Assembly: GCA_964016885.1 (NCBI GenBank)
Contig: OZ024743.1
Coordinates: forward strand, 112,592,001-112,656,000
Direction of reading: 5' to 3'
DNA length: 64,000 nt
Source of the DNA: Eledone cirrhosa
Taxonomy: Eukaryota
The notes beneath the pieces were generated by a model that saw only the letters and a list, made by a program, of their open reading frames with translations, was not told where the DNA came from and ran no database searches. Shown here piece by piece: positions 60,053-64,000 of the stretch. The stretch's first letter is position 1, and every line of letters starts with the position of its first letter. Both the position numbers and the translations under genes were made by a program.

Positions 60053-60817
60053 ATAATTGTTTCTACTTTTGGCACAAGGCCAGCAATAACCCAGTTCATG
60101 ACTGGTACTATATTTTATCGACCCCGTAAGGATGAAAGGCAAAGTTAACCTCGGCAAGATTTGAACTCAGAATGGAAAGGGCCGTAACTCTATGCGTCAA
60201 ATCATGGCGTCCGAATGAGGGGGAATTGGGAGTTCAATTGTCCGCGTAAGATGTGATCTCACGGAATGTGTTTTCACATATATATATATATATACATAGC
60301 ATTCATACAAGCATTCATACATACATACATGCATCCATCCATCCATACATACATACATACATACATGCATCCATCCATCCATACATACATACATACATGC
60401 ATAAATACATACAAAGGGTGGTGAATTGGCAGTATCGGTAGAGGGTCGGACGCCATGCTTTGACGCATAGAGTTACGGCCCTTGCCATTCTGAGTTCAAA
60501 TTCCGCCGAGATCAACTTTGCCTTTCATCCTTACGGGGTCGATAAAATAAAGTACCAGTAATACACTGGTATAATTGCTGGCCTTGTGCCAAAAGTTAAA
60601 AAAATTAAGGGCGGTGGATTTGCAGTATCGTTAGAGCGTCAGACACCATGATTTGCGACATAGAGTTACGGCCTTTGCGTTCTGAGTTCAAATCACGCCG
60701 AGGTAAGCTTTGCCTTTCATCCTTACGAGGTCGATAAACTAAAGTACCAGTCACGGTTGATTTAATCGACTTTCCCCTCCGCCAAAATTGCTGGCCTTGT
60801 GCCTAAAGTAGAAACAG
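59829..60817. mobile_element. Cluster of four MetaSINE-like SINEs: 59829-60012 (+), 60058-60213 (-), 60416-60598 (+), 60609-60817 (+)
   Basis: Same consensus as the other copies. Confidence 0.85.
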
Positions 60818-61352
60818 CTATTACAAATCGTTTATCTTCAAACGCCATTCATAAATGTACATATGGACATCTTTGTTTTGAAGAATCCTAACCATAGATT
60901 CTTTGAAGATTGAGAAAATTTTGGAAAATAACATTAAGTGATGTAATTTCATGTGTCTAATACTATTTTTTTTAAATTGATATCTAACAAAGAGTGCATT
61001 CACTACGTGTATAGAGAGTGTAAAATCTATTTTCTCAAGTGGCAAAATCTATTTTTTCGGGTGGCAGCTGTGGCTGTTTGGAACCAGCCTATGTATTAGG
61101 TCTATGTCTGGAAGGATGGAGTTTATTTCAGATGGGTGAAATTTAAGATGTATGAAAATTAGGAATGGATGTTGATTTGTTTAAAGAAAAATTTATTCGT
61201 AAATGAATATCTAATCCAATGGATGATTGTCTGTGTGTAAATGGAGTTTTCGTTTCTAGCTAGGTGTTTAACAGGTGTTTAAGTATAGAAGTTAAATAAA
61301 TGAATTATATAAAAAAAAGTACATGAAATAGAAAAATGTAGAAATGATAATT

Positions 61353-61735
61353 GTTTCTACTTTAGGCACAAGGCCAGCAATTACCCAAAGCATTACTGGT
61401 ACTTTATTTTATCGACCCCGTAAGGATGAAAGGCAAAGTAAACCTCGGCGGGATTTGGACTCAGACCGTAAAGGGACGTAACTATGCTGGAAAGCATGGC
61501 GTCCGACTCTCTACCGATACTGCCAATCCACCACCTAGAATGTAGAAATGATAATTGTTTCTACTTTGGCACAAAGCCAGCAATTAACCATTGTATTACT
61601 GGTACTTTATTTTATCGACCCCGTAAGGATGAAAAGCAAAGTTGACATCGGCAAAATTTGAACTCAGAATGGCAAGGACCGTAACTCTAAGCGTCAAAGC
61701 ATGGTGTCCGACCCTCTACCGATACTGCCAATTCA
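61353..61735 (-). mobile_element. Two tandem MetaSINE-like SINEs
   Basis: Reverse complement of the same consensus; each preceded on + by AATGTAGAAATGATAATT. Confidence 0.85.
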
Positions 61736-61844
61736 ATATGATAATGTTTGGGAATTATAGAAATTAATTGCGAACTACGTTTTGGTGAAATTTGTATAAT
61801 AATTGGATTTGTTTTTTTCTGAGATTATTCAAATGTTGTGAGAA

Positions 61845-62027
<183 letters not shown>

Positions 62028-62207
62028 TCTCTCTCTCTCTTTCTCTCTCTCTCTTTCCCTGTATGTATGTGTATATATATATATATTAGTAAAAAGGAAA
62101 AGAAAATGCTGTCAAATTTTTCCCAAATAGTTTAATTAGGAATATGTATAAATATAAGTATTGGTTAGTATTTATTTTTATTTTTTACCTGTTGCGCATT
62201 TATAATG

Positions 62208-62296
<89 letters not shown>

Positions 62297-62301
<5 letters not shown>

Positions 62302-63040
62302 GGACACCCAGGACTGAAACATGTAGGAAAGAATGACCAGGAGAACAGAAATGACGGGTGACAGGTGTATCCAAACCGAGTCGTATGTCCCTCAAATGTT
62401 CGGCAAAACGGTCCTCCATACGGCGTCCCGTTTTTCGGATACATAAAGACCCGCAAAGGGAACACTGGAGGGAATAGACAACGTGGGTGGATATGCAGGT
62501 GAAGAAATGGCGGATACGGAAAGACCCGTTAGGGCCTGTAAGAGTGGTGAAGGTGGAAATAGAGGGACAAGTGTTACAGCGGGAACAGGAACAAGGATGA
62601 GAGCCGGGTGGAGTCGTGGGAGAGGACGAAAAAGGACTGCGAACCAGGAGGTCGCGGAGGTTTCGGGCGCGCTTAAAAGCAGTAATGGGTGGATTTGGAA
62701 AAAAGCGAGAAGTGATGGGGTCAGAAGAGAGGATACGGAAGGAACGGAGGATATGTCGCCGGAGTGGCAGGGTCATGGGGTGGTAGGTGAGAAGGAAAGG
62801 AACACGGGTGTTGGGATGGCGGGGGTGAGGTGCGAGGGCTGTGGTGCGGTCTGTTTCACAGACGCGGGTGAGAGCAGCTTGGATCAAAGTGGGGGGTTAT
62901 CCACGCTGGATGAACCAGGAAGCATGCGAAGGGAATGGGTTTCAACATCGTCGTCCTGGCTACAGAGCCGACGAAGACGGAGGAATTGGGAATAGGGTAT
63001 GGAGTGTTTGGTGTGGGTTAGATGGGAGGAGGTGAAGTCA
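62297..63040 (-). pseudogene. Penelope-like element fragment (RT thumb, linker, GIY-YIG)
   Basis: HPPHTKHSIPYSQFLRLRRLCS-like start, VPFLLTYHP, AFKRARNLRDLLVRS, CSRCNTC, HVVYSLQCSLC..C.RKTGRRMEDRFAEH. Confidence 0.85.
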
Positions 63041-63055
63041 AATATATATATATAT

Positions 63056-63247
63056 AGGAAAAGAATCAGGACCCCGACGGCTGAGCTCCGGCCATTTCAA
63101 CAGCTAGTTCAGAACTAGCTGTCGAAACGGCCGGAGCTCAGCCGTCGGAGTCATGTCTCTTTTCCGATTACCCACTCTGCCACCCATTGTATTGAGTACT
63201 CTGGTGCGTTATGGTCCACCTGGTTCCTTAGCATACTTCCTTCGTTA

Positions 63248-63284
<37 letters not shown>

Positions 63285-63600
63285 TTCAAGTGTAACCAAT
63301 CTTAAAGAGAGAGATGGAGATAGGAGAGGAGAGATTGGTGAATTAGTTAGAAGCCAAAGCGTAAAGGCATGTGGTCAATGTGCAATATAAAGTGGAAAGC
63401 AGCTAGGTGGCTGGGTTCATGCAGAAGTTAGGTGCGCAGAGCTGGAAATATTCATATTTCAATATGGAGTAGCGAAACAATTGTAAACGGACATATTATT
63501 ATTATTATTCTCTACATTCCTTACATCAAACTAAAATATGTTGACAATCTTTTAATAATGTCTTTCTTGTGAAATTTGTTGTCTTGTTTTGCTTAACTAA

Positions 63601-63664
<64 letters not shown>

Positions 63665-64000
63665 AACGAGTAGGACCCCGACGGCTTATTATTTTAGTCC
63701 AGAATTAGCCGTCGAAACGGCTTGAGCTCAGCCGTCGGGGTCCTACTCGTTCCTATTACCCACTCTACTACTCTAAGTTTTGAGTACTTTGGTGCGTTAT
63801 GGTCCATCGGGTTCCTTACCACATTTCCTTGGTTATATATATATATATATATAACAAAGGAATTGTGGTAAGGAACCAGATGGACCATAATGCACCAGAG
63901 TACTCAATACTTAGGGTAGTAGACTGGGAAATAGGAAAACATATGACCCCGACGGCAGAGCTCAGGCCGTTTCGACGGCTATTTCTGGGCTGCCACCGTC
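63056..64000. mobile_element. Cluster of family-B HHR element 3' halves in both orientations next to (TA)n
   Basis: Pieces at 63056-63110 (-), 63111-63246 (+), 63662-63687 (-), 63695-63835 (+), 63853-63990 (-); the longer ones carry GAAA-cggc..gagctc.gccg-TC-gg. Confidence 0.8.

Overview
Very AT-rich, microsatellite-saturated eukaryotic DNA. The repeat families suggest a cephalopod (octopus-like) genome, which is an inference. I see no host gene. Almost all ORF-track hits are translations of (TA)n, (CA)n, (GA)n or (GATA)n tracts. The real coding remnants are all decayed transposons: a Tx1/L1-clade LINE plus a second 3' fragment, both embedded in (GATA)n; one near-complete and three partial Penelope-like elements (PLE); an RTE-clade LINE; CRE-clade endonuclease fragments; and a Helitron RepHel fragment. 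There are also many tRNA-derived SINEs, MITEs, non-autonomous Helitrons and two minisatellites. The main unannotated signal is RNA structure: about 20 type-I hammerhead ribozyme (HHR) motifs from at least 10 sequence families, found by eye. Most lie in short non-coding elements that end on (TA)n and occur as tandem repeats or fold-backs. They include a retrozyme-like tandem family (422 and 485 bp periods) and families with non-canonical cores (U3-A8, C4, CUGAAUGA). All folds are manual and no catalytic activity is shown.
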